DNA from: Acidobacteriota bacterium
GTDB taxonomy: Bacteria; Acidobacteriota; Thermoanaerobaculia; Thermoanaerobaculales; Thermoanaerobaculaceae
Direction: 5' to 3'
Assembly (NCBI GenBank): GCA_004298115.1
Contig: SCRJ01000117.1
Coordinates: forward strand, 4,696-68,695
Length of the DNA stretch: 64,000 nucleotides
Shown here piece by piece: positions 40,959 to 52,176 of the stretch; within the stretch, counting starts at the first letter, position 1; each line of letters starts with the position of its first letter. The notes below the pieces were generated by a model. It ran no database searches. It was given only the letters and a program-made list of their open reading frames with translations, and was not told where the DNA came from. The translations under genes were made by a program, and so were the position numbers.

Positions 40959-42136
40959 GCGCCCTCCTCGAGGGCGGCGACGCCGGGCAGCGTGTCACCG
41001 GCCAGGAACTCGAGCGCCGCGCCGCCGCCGGTGGAGACGTGGGAGAGCGTGGCGGCCAAGCCGGCCTGCTGGACGGCCGCGACGCTCTCGCCGCCGCCGA
41101 CGACCGTGAATGCGGCGCTCGCGGCGAGCGCCGCGGCGATGGCGAGCGTCCCGGCGGCGAACGCCGGCTTCTCGAACACCCCGGCGGGGCCGTTCCAGAA
41201 CACCGTCTCCGCCGTGGCGACGACGTTGGCGATGCGCTCCCGCGTGGCGGGCCCGATGTCGAGGATCATCTCCTGCGGGCCGACGGCCCCGACCGCCGCC
41301 GTGCGGGCGGGGGCATCGGTTCCGGTGGCCACCACCACGTCGGTCGGCAGGACCACCTCCGTCCCGCGCGCCGCGGCGCCGGCCAGGATTTCCCTCGCGG
41401 TCCCGACGAGGTCGGCCTCCACGAGCGAGCGGCCGACCACCCCGCCCTCGGCGAGCAGGAAGGTGTTCGCCATGCCGCCGACCAGAACGACCGTGTCGGC
41501 GAGCCGGGCGAGCGCGGTCAGCGTCTCCAGCTTGCCTGAGATCTTGGCGCCGCCCACCACCGCGACGAACGGGCGCTCCGGGTCGTCGCGCACCCGCGAC
41601 AGGGCGGCGATCTCGCGCGCCATCAGGGGACCGGCGGCACGCTCCTGAAAGAGCCTGGCGACCCCGGCGGTCGAGGCGTGGGCGCGGTGCGCGCTCCCGA
41701 ACGCGTCGTTCACGTAGACGTCGGCGAGCGCCGCGAGCCGGTCGCAAAACGCCGGGTCGTTGGCCTCCTCGCCCGCCTCGAAGCGCAGGTTCTCGAGCAG
41801 GAGCACCTCGCCGGGCTTGGCCGCGGCGACCGCCTGCTTGGCGACCTCGCCCGCGACGTCGGGGACGAACCGCACCGGGCGCCCTACGAGCCGCGCCAGG
41901 ACCGGCGCGACCGGCGCCAGCGACAGCGCCGGGTCCGGCTTCCCCTTGGCGCGTCCGAGGTGGGAGCAGGCGATGACGACGGCGCCGCGCTGGGCGAGGG
42001 CGCGCACGGTCGGCGCCGCTTCGCGGATGCGGGTCTCGTCGCCGACCTTGCCATCCTTGAGCGGGACGTTGAGGTCGAGGCGGAGCAGCACCCGCCGCCC
42101 CTCGACGTTGAGGGCGCCCATCGAACGCAGGGCCAT
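40955..42136 (-). CDS. pgk: phosphoglycerate kinase
   Basis: RLDLNVP, FWNGPAGVFE and HVSTGGGA motifs. Confidence 0.95.
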   Translation of the reverse strand: MALRSMGALNVEGRRVLLRLDLNVPLKDGKVGDETRIREAAPTVRALAQRGAVVIACSHLGRAKGKPDPALSLAPVAPVLARLVGRPVRFVPDVAGEVAKQAVAAAKPGEVLLLENLRFEAGEEANDPAFCDRLAALADVYVNDAFGSAHRAHASTAGVARLFQERAAGPLMAREIAALSRVRDDPERPFVAVVGGAKISGKLETLTALARLADTVVLVGGMANTFLLAEGGVVGRSLVEADLVGTAREILAGAAARGTEVVLPTDVVVATGTDAPARTAAVGAVGPQEMILDIGPATRERIANVVATAETVFWNGPAGVFEKPAFAAGTLAIAAALAASAAFTVVGGGESVAAVQQAGLAATLSHVSTGGGAALEFLAGDTLPGVAALEEGA

Positions 42137-42146
42137 GGCAGCCTCC

Positions 42147-43145
42147 CTACCTGGCGAACAGCTTGGCGACGTCCACGCAGCGCGCCGCGTACGCGTACTC
42201 GTTGTCGTACCAGGAGAGGACCTTGGCGGTCGCGCCGCCGATCACGATGGTGGAGAGCAGGTCGACGATCGAGGACGCGGTCGTGCCGCGGAAGTCGATC
42301 GACACCAGCGGCTCGTCGCTGACGGCCAGGATCCCCTTGAGTTCGCCGGCCGCCGCGGCGCGGAACGCCTGGTTGAGGGCCTCGACCGTCATCGGCTTCG
42401 CCGCCGTGAACGTGAAGTCCACGAGCGACACGTCCGCGGTCGGGACGCGCACCGCGAGGCCGTCCAGCTTGCCCTTGAGCTCGGGGAAGACCTCGGCCAT
42501 CGCCTTGGCGGCCCCGGTCGAGGTGGGGATCATCGAGAGCCCGGCGGCGCGGGCGCGGCGCAAGTCCTTGTGCGGCAAGTCGAGGATCTTCTGGTCGTTG
42601 GTGTACGAGTGCACGGTGGTGAGCAAGCCGTGGACGATGCCGAACTTCTCGAGCAGCACCTTGACCACCGGCGCCAGGCAGTTCGTCGTGCACGAGCCGT
42701 TGGACACGATCTTGTGCTTGGCGGGGTCGAGGCTCGTGTGGTTGACGCCGTAGACCAGCGTCGCATCCACGCCCTTGGCGGGCGCCGTGATCAGCACCCA
42801 CTTGGCGCCCGCGTCGAGGTGCGCCTTGGCCTGCTCGCCCTTGGTGAACCGGCCGGTCCCCTCGATCACCAGGTCGACGCCGAGCGCCTTCCAGGGGAGG
42901 CTTCCGGGCTCCTTCTCGGCCAGCACCTTGATCGTCCGGCCGCCGACCGTGAACGAGTCGGCGTTCACCTCGACGGTCGCGTCGAGACGGCCGTGGACCG
43001 AGTCGTACTTGAGGAGGTGCGCGAGCGTCGGGGCGTCGGTGATGTCGTTGACGGCGACGAACTCGAACGCGGCGTCGTTCAGCGCCTGGCGGAGAATCAA
43101 GCGCCCGATGCGGCCGAACCCGTTGATTGCCACGCGAAGAGGCAT
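42147..43145 (-). CDS. gap: type I glyceraldehyde-3-phosphate dehydrogenase
   Basis: ATG 43145 after GGGAGGG. INGFGRIGR, SNGSCTTNCLAP and WYDNE motifs. Confidence 0.95.
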   Translation of the reverse strand: MPLRVAINGFGRIGRLILRQALNDAAFEFVAVNDITDAPTLAHLLKYDSVHGRLDATVEVNADSFTVGGRTIKVLAEKEPGSLPWKALGVDLVIEGTGRFTKGEQAKAHLDAGAKWVLITAPAKGVDATLVYGVNHTSLDPAKHKIVSNGSCTTNCLAPVVKVLLEKFGIVHGLLTTVHSYTNDQKILDLPHKDLRRARAAGLSMIPTSTGAAKAMAEVFPELKGKLDGLAVRVPTADVSLVDFTFTAAKPMTVEALNQAFRAAAAGELKGILAVSDEPLVSIDFRGTTASSIVDLLSTIVIGGATAKVLSWYDNEYAYAARCVDVAKLFAR

Positions 43146-43191
43146 AAACCCTCCCTTGCCGATACCGGAGTATACCGAACCCGGCGCGGCC

Positions 43192-44232
43192 GTGAGGTAC
43201 CATCCGCCGGTGGGCGAGCCGACGACGATCGTAGCGGCGCTGCGCTGGGGAGACGGCCTGGAGCTGCTCGACCAGCGAGCGCTGCCGCAACGGGAACGGT
43301 GGGTCCCCATCGCCGGGGTGGCGGCCGCCGTCCGCGCGATCCGCACCCTGACCGTCCGCGGGGCGCCGGCGATCGGCCTCACCGCCGCCTACGCCCTCGC
43401 CGCCGAGGCGCGCCGCGACCCCGGTCTGGCGCGGCTGCGCCGTGTCGCCCGCCGCCTCGCCACGGCCCGGCCGACGGCCGCCGACCTGGCGCACGCGGTC
43501 GCGGCGGTCATGGCGGCGGTCGAGACCGCACCCGCGCCGGAGCGCTTCGATGCCGCGCTGGCCGCCGCCCGGCGGCTGCACGCCGCCGACGCCGCCGCGT
43601 GTCTCGCGATCGGGCGGCACGGCGCGGCGCTGTTCCCCGGCCAGCCTGTGGCGCTGCTCACCCACTGCAACGCCGGGGCGCTCGCCACCGGGGGGATCGG
43701 GACCGCCCTCGGGATCGTGCGCGCGCTCCACGCCGAGGGGCGTCTCGCCCGCCTGTACGCGTGCGAGGCGCGCCCGGTGCTGCAGGGCGCCCGCCTGACC
43801 GCGTGGGAGGCGCTCCGCGACGGGATCCCGGTCACGCTGCTGGCGGATTCCGCCGCCGCCTCGCTGCTGGCGAGCGGCGCGGTGGGCGGGGTCGTGGTCG
43901 GGGCCGACCGCATCGCCGCCGACGGCGCGGTCGCCAACAAGGTGGGGACCTACGCGCTGGCGCTCGCCGCCGCCCGCCACCGGGTGCCGTTCGTGGTGGC
44001 GGCGCCGACGACGACGTTCGACCTCGCCTGTCCGAGCGGGCGGGAGATCCCGATCGAACAGCGCGGCGGCGACGAAGTGCGGCGGGTGCGGCGAGTCGCC
44101 ATGGCGCCGGCCGGGGTGGACGTCTACAACCCGGCGTTCGACGTCACCCCCCCCGAGCTCGTCACCGCGATCGTGAGCCAGCGCGGGGTCGCGCGCCCGG
44201 TCACGGCGGCCACGGTGCGGGGGATCGCCTGA
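43192..44232 (+). CDS. mtnA: S-methyl-5-thioribose-1-phosphate isomerase
   Basis: LLDQRALP, VRGAPAIG, THCNAGALAT, VGADRIAANGAVANKVGTY-like and NPAFDVTP motifs. The start may be GTG 43192 or GTG 43210. Confidence 0.85.
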   Translation: MRYHPPVGEPTTIVAALRWGDGLELLDQRALPQRERWVPIAGVAAAVRAIRTLTVRGAPAIGLTAAYALAAEARRDPGLARLRRVARRLATARPTAADLAHAVAAVMAAVETAPAPERFDAALAAARRLHAADAAACLAIGRHGAALFPGQPVALLTHCNAGALATGGIGTALGIVRALHAEGRLARLYACEARPVLQGARLTAWEALRDGIPVTLLADSAAASLLASGAVGGVVVGADRIAADGAVANKVGTYALALAAARHRVPFVVAAPTTTFDLACPSGREIPIEQRGGDEVRRVRRVAMAPAGVDVYNPAFDVTPPELVTAIVSQRGVARPVTAATVRGIA

Positions 44233-45368
44233 TGTCGACGCCCGACACGCCGCTCGGACCACGGACCACGGACCACGGACCACGGTCTTTCCGCACGTTG
44301 GGCATCGAGAGCTCGTGCGACGAGACCGCGGTCGCGGTGCTCGAGGCCGACGGTCGCGTGCGCTGCAACCTGATCTCGTCGCAGGTGGCGGCGCACGCGC
44401 CGTACCTCGGCGTCGTGCCCGAGCTGGCCGCCCGCCACCACCTGGAAACGCTCCCCCGCCTGCTCGCCGAGGCCGAGCGCGAGGCCGGACTCGGCGACAT
44501 CGAGCTGGTGGCGGTGACGCGCGGGCCGGGTCTGATCGGCTCGCTGCTGGTCGGCACCTGCTTCGCGGCGGCGTACGCCTGGGCGCGGAAGCTGCCGCTG
44601 GCCGGCGTGGACCACCTCGAGGGGCACCTCGTCTCCCCGTTCCTGAGTCTGGACGGCGCCCCCGCCCGCGAGGCGCCGGACCCGGCGCTCACCCTCGTGA
44701 TCTCGGGCGGGCACTCGTCGTACTTCCTGCTCGCGGGAGGCGACGCCCGGCCGCTCAACCGCACCCGCGACGACGCCGCCGGCGAGGTGTTCGACAAGAT
44801 CGCGGCGGCGCTCGGCCTGGGGTATCCCGGCGGTCCGGCCGTTGACCGCCTCGCCGAGCTCGGCGACCCCGGGGCGTTCGCCTTCAGCGTCCCGCGCATC
44901 AAGGACCCGACCGGGGCGCTCGACTTCTCGTTCTCGGGTCTCAAGACGAACGCGATCCGCACCGCCCAGGAGTTGACCGCGCTGCCGCTGCCCGACCCGG
45001 CGAACCCGCCGCAGGCGGTGCTCGACCTCCTCGCCTCGTTCCGCCGCACCGTCGTGGACTGGCTGCTGGCGCCGCTCGACGAGCTGGTCGCGCGCCACCA
45101 GCCGCAGGTCGTGGCGGCGTCGGGCGGCGTGGCCGGCAACCGCGAGCTGCGCGCGCGGCTCGCCGCCTGGGGGCGGAGCCGGGGGATCGAGGTGGTGCTC
45201 CCCCCGGTGGCGCTCACCACCGACAACGCCGCGATGATCGCCCGGGCGGGCCAGCTCCGCGCCGCCCGCGGGATCCTCGACGACCCGCGCGCCATGGCCG
45301 CCTACCCGCGCGCCGCGTGGAAAGCCGCCAGCGGCCCCGGCGGCAAGCCCATGTTCCCCAAGCTCTGA
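44232..45368 (+). CDS. tsaD: tRNA N6-adenosine threonylcarbamoyltransferase
   Basis: LGIESSCDETAVAV, HLEGH and GGVAGN motifs. ATG 44232 shares one nt with the mtnA TGA and follows GGGGGA. The 22-aa N-terminal extension contains the heptamer array; TTG 44298 is an alternative start. Confidence 0.85.
   Translation: MSTPDTPLGPRTTDHGPRSFRTLGIESSCDETAVAVLEADGRVRCNLISSQVAAHAPYLGVVPELAARHHLETLPRLLAEAEREAGLGDIELVAVTRGPGLIGSLLVGTCFAAAYAWARKLPLAGVDHLEGHLVSPFLSLDGAPAREAPDPALTLVISGGHSSYFLLAGGDARPLNRTRDDAAGEVFDKIAAALGLGYPGGPAVDRLAELGDPGAFAFSVPRIKDPTGALDFSFSGLKTNAIRTAQELTALPLPDPANPPQAVLDLLASFRRTVVDWLLAPLDELVARHQPQVVAASGGVAGNRELRARLAAWGRSRGIEVVLPPVALTTDNAAMIARAGQLRAARGILDDPRAMAAYPRAAWKAASGPGGKPMFPKL
44253..44287 (+). 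repeat. tandem heptanucleotide array: ctcggac cacggac cacggac cacggac cacggtc
   Basis: Read directly. Lies inside the predicted N-terminal extension of tsaD. Confidence 0.9.
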
Positions 45369-45456
45369 CGCCGGCCGGGGGCGGGGCCGCCCGCCGCCTC
45401 CCAACTTCGTGTAAAATCACCGGTTCGCGGTCGGCATTCGCGACTCGGGGAGCCCG

Positions 45457-47252
<1,796 letters not shown>

Positions 47253-47256
<4 letters not shown>

Positions 47257-47948
47257 GCCAACAACACGTGGTTCGGGAGTACTACGAGGCGATCCTGGTG
47301 GCGGTGATCTTCACGCTGTTCGCGCGCACCTTCGTGGCGCAGGCGTTCAAGATCCCCACCGGCTCGATGGAGGACAACCTCCTCGTCGGCGACCACCTCT
47401 TCGTCAACAAGTTCATCTACGCGCCGCACTGGGACACCCCGCTCCATCGCCTCATGCCGTACCGCAACATCCGCCGCGGCGACGTCGTGGTGTTCAAGTA
47501 CCCGCAGGACCCCGAGCGCGACTTCATCAAGCGCGCGGTGGGGATCGCCGGGGACACCCTCGAGATGCACGACAAGGTCCTGTTCGTCAACGGCAAGCAG
47601 GAGGTCAACCCGCACCTCATCCACAAGGACCCCGTCACCTATCCCAACAGTCCGTTCGTCCCCGAGCCGAATCGTTCCCGCGACAACTGGGGTCCGGTGA
47701 CGGTGGCGCCGGGGTTCGTCTTCTGCATGGGCGACAACCGCGACAACTCGTACGACTCCCGCTACTGGGGCCCGGTCCCGCGCGACTACTTCAAGGGGCG
47801 GGCGCTCTTCATCTACTGGTCGTACGAGGCGCAACCGAACGCGCAGGAGTGGCGCGGCTGGGGCGACCGCATCCGCCAGCTCGCGTCGGTCGGCGTCCAC
47901 TTCTTCACCCGCACCCGCTGGTCGCGCTCGTTCACCCTGGTGCATTAG
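47253..47948 (+). CDS. lepB: signal peptidase I
   Basis: ATGA overlap with lep[11 protein letters not shown] (catalytic Ser), KRAVGIAGD (Lys box) and [14 protein letters not shown] motifs. Confidence 0.9.
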
Positions 47949-48007
47949 GGGCGCGGCGGCGGCCGAACGCGCCGCCCGCAGCGCGGCCGCGGCGCGGAGG
48001 GGAGACG

Positions 48008-49051
48008 ATGAGGATCGGTCCGGTCGGGGAGAACCTGCTGGAGCGCCTGGCCGTCCGGCTCCGGCTCGGACCGCGGCCGCTGGTGGAGACGCACGGCACC
48101 CTCCTCCTCGCTCAGGCGGTGATGGTGGCGATGAGGGCCGGTGTGTTCGAGGCGCTCGCCGCCGGGCCGCTGACCGCGGCTGAGACGGCCGCGCGCTGCG
48201 CCGGCGACGAGCGCGCCATGGGCAAGCTGCTCGGCGTCCTCGAGACGACCGGGTACGTCCGCTCCACGCGCGGCCGCTACACCCTCACGCGGGACGCGCG
48301 GCGCTGGCTGCTCGCGGACAGCCCGTCCTCGCTGCGCGACAACGTCCTGTTCCGCTTCGTCGAGTGGGAGTGGATCGCGGGGCTCGACCGCTTCCTCCTC
48401 TCCGGCCGGCCGCTCGACATCCACGCCGCGATGACGGCCGAGCAGTGGGGCGCCTACCAGCGCGGCATGCGCTCGCTCGCGGCCACGCTGGCGCGGGAGG
48501 TGGCGTGGCGCACCCCGGTGCCGCGCGGAGCGCGCGCGCTGCTCGACGTCGGCGGCGCGCACAGCCTGTACTCGGCCGCGCTCTGCCGCCGCCACCCGCG
48601 GCTCGACGCGGTCGTCCTCGACCTCCCCGCCGCGGTCGAGCAGGCCGCGGCGATGCTCGAGCGCGAGGGGCTCGCGGGCCGGATCGTGCACCGCGCCGGC
48701 GATGCGCTCAGCGACGATTTCGGCGCCGAGGCGTTCGACCTCGTCCTGGTGTCGAACCTGCTGCACCACTTCGACCCCCGCCAGGGCCGCGACCTCGTCC
48801 GCCGCGCCGCCCGCGCGCTGCGTCCCGGCGGCGTCCTCGTCATCCAGGAGCTGTTCGCACCCGCCACGGCCCGTGCCGGCGGCCAGCTCGGCGCGCTCGC
48901 GGACCTCTACTTCGCGATGACGAGCGAGTCCGGAACGCTGTCCGTGGACGAGATGGCGGCGTGGCAGCGGGAGGCGGGACTGCGGCCGCGGCGCTTCCTG
49001 CGCTTCGTCTCGTTCCCCGGCGCCGGCCAGCAGAGCGCCGTCAAGTCGTAG
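48008..49051 (+). CDS. class I SAM-dependent O-methyltransferase (family 2, with N-terminal dimerisation/wHTH domain)
   Basis: ATG 48008 after GGAGGGGAG. LLDVGGAHSLYS motif I, DLVLVSNLLHHF and GGVLVIQE motifs. Confidence 0.7.
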   Translation: MRIGPVGENLLERLAVRLRLGPRPLVETHGTLLLAQAVMVAMRAGVFEALAAGPLTAAETAARCAGDERAMGKLLGVLETTGYVRSTRGRYTLTRDARRWLLADSPSSLRDNVLFRFVEWEWIAGLDRFLLSGRPLDIHAAMTAEQWGAYQRGMRSLAATLAREVAWRTPVPRGARALLDVGGAHSLYSAALCRRHPRLDAVVLDLPAAVEQAAAMLEREGLAGRIVHRAGDALSDDFGAEAFDLVLVSNLLHHFDPRQGRDLVRRAARALRPGGVLVIQELFAPATARAGGQLGALADLYFAMTSESGTLSVDEMAAWQREAGLRPRRFLRFVSFPGAGQQSAVKS

Positions 49052-49069
49052 CGGCCGACACAGAAGAGA

Positions 49070-49097
49070 GGTGGTCCGTGGTCGGTGGTCCGTGGTC
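49070..49097 (-). repeat. heptanucleotide array, inverted copy (minus-strand reading: gaccacg gaccacc gaccacg gaccacc)
   Basis: Plus strand reads ggtggtc cgtggtc ggtggtc cgtggtc, followed by agaGAACGACAAACGGGTCC (R1 motif). It sits in a 61-bp segment bracketed by identical 13-mers at 49045-49057 and 49119-49131. Confidence 0.9.
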
Positions 49098-49210
49098 AGA
49101 GAACGACAAACGGGTCCCGTCGTAGCGGCCGCCCCCGGCGTTGAAGACCAACGACCGCGCGCCCGGCGGTCGCGCCCCACATTGAGACGAGGTGGTGTCT
49201 TGCTTGTGTG

Positions 49211-49236
49211 GGGCGCGCGCGCCGCGCGCGCTTTTT
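49211..49236 (+). terminator. rho-independent terminator
   Basis: Self-complementary stem gcgcgcgc (49213-49220 / 49224-49231) with loop gcc, followed by TTTTT (49232-49236). Confidence 0.7.
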
Positions 49237-49325
49237 CTTGCACTCCCACGAGAACAACCGCGCGCCCGGCGGTCGCGCCCCCCGTTCGGAAGCGCGGGCG
49301 ACGAGTGACGGCAAACGGGTCCTCG

Positions 49326-50426
49326 CTACGCGAGGGAAAGGGCGACGAGGCGGTCGAACAGGCGCGGGTGGCGGCCGAGGATGCGCAGCGCGCCGCGGCG
49401 GAGAAGCGGCCGCCGCGCCAGGCCGAGCACCGTCCGGCACACGACGGCGTAGCGCCGGAACTCGTGCGCCGCGAAGCGCTCGTACGGCGCCAGCGCGGCG
49501 CGGGTGGCGCCGCGCGCGAGCGCCAGCGGCAGACCTTCGCCGAGCGCCCGGCCGCATTCCAGGGCGAGCGAGAGCCCCTCGCCGGTGATCGCGTCCACGT
49601 ACCCCGCCGCGTCGCCGACGAGGGCGAAGCGGTCCGCGGTGCGCGCGCGCACCGCCTGCGCGAGCGGTCCCGCGCCGCGCGGCTGCGAGTCGGCCGGCGC
49701 GCCGGCGATGCGCTCGGCGACGGCGGGGAAGCGCTCGAGCAGCCGCGCGAACGACACCGGGCCCGCGATCCGGTCCTTCTCCCACAGGAAGGCGACCCCG
49801 ACGCGGCCGGCGCCGGCCGGGGTCACGAACGCCTCGACGCCGCGGGCGAGGTGGACCTCGACGCGGCGGCTCCACGGCGGCACGCGGAGGTGCTGCCGCA
49901 GGCCGAAACGCGGCGGGGCGCCGGTGCGGACCTCCAGCCCGGCGGCGCGGCGGAGGCGGGAGTGGAGCCCGTCCGCCGCGACCAGCACGCCCGCGGTCAG
50001 CTCCCCGGCGCCGGTCCGCAGCGTGACCGCGCCGGGGGCGGTCGTGAACCCCTCGGCCGCGCACCCCCAGCGCAGCTCGACGCCGCACGCCGCGGCGCGG
50101 CGCGCCAGCGCGCCGGCGAGCGCGGTGCGGCGGATGCCGAGGCCGCCGGGGGCGGGAAGGTCGGCGGCGGCGCGCCCCCCGTCCTCCTGGACGTAGCAGA
50201 TGCCGTCGATCGGGGCGCACTCCTCGGCGGCGATCAGATCGCGTGCCCCGAGGGCCGCGAGCGCCCGCAACCCCGCCGGCATCAACCCCTCGCCGCACGC
50301 CTTGTCGGGCGGGGCGGTGGCACGCTCGCAGACGACGGTCGCGAGCCCGGCGGTCGCGGCGGCGATCGCGGTCGCGAGGCCGGCGGGCCCGGCGCCGACG
50401 ACGACGACGTCGGTCCTATCGCCCAC
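49326..50426 (-). CDS. FAD-dependent oxidoreductase (geranylgeranyl-reductase/aromatic hydroxylase-like)
   Basis: GTG start. DVVVVGAGPAGLATA dinucleotide-binding motif and LVGDAAGYVDAITGEG motif. Last gene of the overlapping PKS operon. Confidence 0.75.
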   Translation of the reverse strand: MGDRTDVVVVGAGPAGLATAIAAATAGLATVVCERATAPPDKACGEGLMPAGLRALAALGARDLIAAEECAPIDGICYVQEDGGRAAADLPAPGGLGIRRTALAGALARRAAACGVELRWGCAAEGFTTAPGAVTLRTGAGELTAGVLVAADGLHSRLRRAAGLEVRTGAPPRFGLRQHLRVPPWSRRVEVHLARGVEAFVTPAGAGRVGVAFLWEKDRIAGPVSFARLLERFPAVAERIAGAPADSQPRGAGPLAQAVRARTADRFALVGDAAGYVDAITGEGLSLALECGRALGEGLPLALARGATRAALAPYERFAAHEFRRYAVVCRTVLGLARRPLLRRGALRILGRHPRLFDRLVALSLA

Positions 50427-52176
50427 GGCCGACCCTCGCCCGGGCGAACGCCAGCGCGGAGCGCACCGCCTCGGTCGCGAGGCGCGCCGGGCCGGCGGCC
50501 CGCGGCGGCGTCAGCTCGCCGGCGAGGAACCGGCGCAGCGCCTCGCCGCGCCGCATCTTCCCGCTCGAGGTGCGGGGCAGGGTCCCCGGCTCCAGCAGGC
50601 GGACGGTGTACGGCCGGATGCCGGTGTGCTCGAGGACCGCGCTCCGGATCCGCTCCGCGATGCCGTCGTCGGGCGCCGCGTCGCGGGCGCGTTCCGCGAG
50701 CACGAGGAGCGCCTCGGCGCCGTCGCCGTCGGGAACGAACCCGAGCGCGACGGCGCAGCCGGCGCGCACACCCTTGACGCCGGCCAGGCAATCCTCGAAC
50801 TCCTGCGGCGCGTGGTTGGCGCCGCGGATTACGATCAAGTCCTTGGCGCGGCCGCAGACGTACAGCTCGCCGCCCGCGACGAACCCGAGGTCGCCGGTGT
50901 CGAGGAATCCGTCCGCGAGCGCGGCCGCCGTGGCGTCCGGCCGGCCGAAGTACCCGGTCATCACGGAGGGACCGCGGACGACGATGCGCCCGACGCGGCG
51001 CTCGGGCCGCTCACGCCCGTCCTCGCCGCGAACCTCGACCTCGGCGCCGGGGATGGGCGTTCCCACGGACACGATCGCGCGCTCTCCCGCGACGGCCTCG
51101 CCGGCGGCCGCGAGGCGAACGGGATCGACGCCCAGCGCGGTAGGCCCGCGGCCCGGCGGCGTGAACGTGACGGCGAGCGCGGCCTCGGAGAGACCGTAGA
51201 CGGGCCGCAGGGCGCGCCGGTCGAACCCGAACCGCGCGAAGCGCCGCGCGAAGCGCTCGAGGGCGGCCGCCGAGACCGGCTCGGCGCCGCAGACGGCGAG
51301 CCGCCAGCAGGCGAGGTCGCAGCCGGCCAGCTCCGCGTCCCTGACGCGCCTGGCGGCCACCTCGTAGCCGAAGTTGGGCGCCACCGACACCGTGGCGCGG
51401 TGGCGCGCGATCGCCCGCAGCCACAGGGCGGGGCGGGCGAGGAAGTTCTCCGGAGGGATGAGGACGAGCGGGCCGGGGACGTACACGGCCAGCAACAGGC
51501 AACCGATCAGGCCCATGTCGTGGTAGAGCGGCAGCCACGACACCCCCATCTGCGGCGCGCCCTCCTCCGGAGGCAGCAGGACGGCGAGCGCGGCGAGCTG
51601 GGCCATCAGGTTGGCGTGCGTCAGCGCCACCGGCTTCGGGTCGGTCGTCGAGCCCGACGAGAACTGCACGAGCGCCAGGTCGTCGGGGCGGACGGCGGCG
51701 GGCGGCGCGGGGTCGCCGGCGGCGAGCTGCTCCGCCCGCAGGCAGCCGAGCGGCGGGCGCGCGAGCTCGACGGCGCGGCCGAGGAGGGCGCGGGTGCGGA
51801 CGTCCGCGACGACGACGCGCGCCCCCACGGCCGCCATCATCGCGGCCGTTGCCGCGTGATACTCGGGCAACCGCCCGAGCCGCAGCGGCGGGTAGAGCGG
51901 CACCGGCACGGCGCCGGCGAGGAGCGCGCCGAAGTACGCGTCGAGGAACGCGGGCGAGGTCGGGAGGACGATCGCGATGCGGTCGCCGGCGGCGACGCCG
52001 CGCGCCGCCAGCACCGCGGCGGCGCGCCGGGCGCGGGCGTAGATCTCCGAGAACGGGAAGGACGTCTCGCGCTCGGCGAGGTCCACGATCGTGATCGTCG
52101 CGCCGCCGGCCGCGGCGGCCTCGAGCGCCGCGTTGACGGTGCGGTGGCGCGGCGGCGGGGCGGCCGGGCCCCTCAC
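50416..52176 (-). CDS. fatty acyl-AMP ligase (FAAL)
   Basis: Adenylation motifs QFSSGSTTDPKPVALTHANL, GYFGRP and GDLGF...GELYVCGRAKDLIVIRGANH, plus the FAAL-typical C-terminal KIRR-like SSGKMRR. GTGA overlap with the ACP gene. Confidence 0.8.
   Translation of the reverse strand: MRGPAAPPPRHRTVNAALEAAAAGGATITIVDLAERETSFPFSEIYARARRAAAVLAARGVAAGDRIAIVLPTSPAFLDAYFGALLAGAVPVPLYPPLRLGRLPEYHAATAAMMAAVGARVVVADVRTRALLGRAVELARPPLGCLRAEQLAAGDPAPPAAVRPDDLALVQFSSGSTTDPKPVALTHANLMAQLAALAVLLPPEEGAPQMGVSWLPLYHDMGLIGCLLLAVYVPGPLVLIPPENFLARPALWLRAIARHRATVSVAPNFGYEVAARRVRDAELAGCDLACWRLAVCGAEPVSAAALERFARRFARFGFDRRALRPVYGLSEAALAVTFTPPGRGPTALGVDPVRLAAAGEAVAGERAIVSVGTPIPGAEVEVRGEDGRERPERRVGRIVVRGPSVMTGYFGRPDATAAALADGFLDTGDLGFVAGGELYVCGRAKDLIVIRGANHAPQEFEDCLAGVKGVRAGCAVALGFVPDGDGAEALLVLAERARDAAPDDGIAERIRSAVLEHTGIRPYTVRLLEPGTLPRTSSGKMRRGEALRRFLAGELTPPRAAGPARLATEAVRSALAFARARVGRGR

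Noticed and set aside
41760-45368. 1202-aa ORF ending in tsaD (similarly 42775..44232 for mtnA, 30109..32253 for bshB1, 12737..14608 for pgpA and 53028..55016 for the PKS)
   Set aside because: The long N-terminal extensions run antisense or out of frame through pgk/gap, bshC, mpl or the TPR gene. Conserved family sequence begins only at the internal starts I report.
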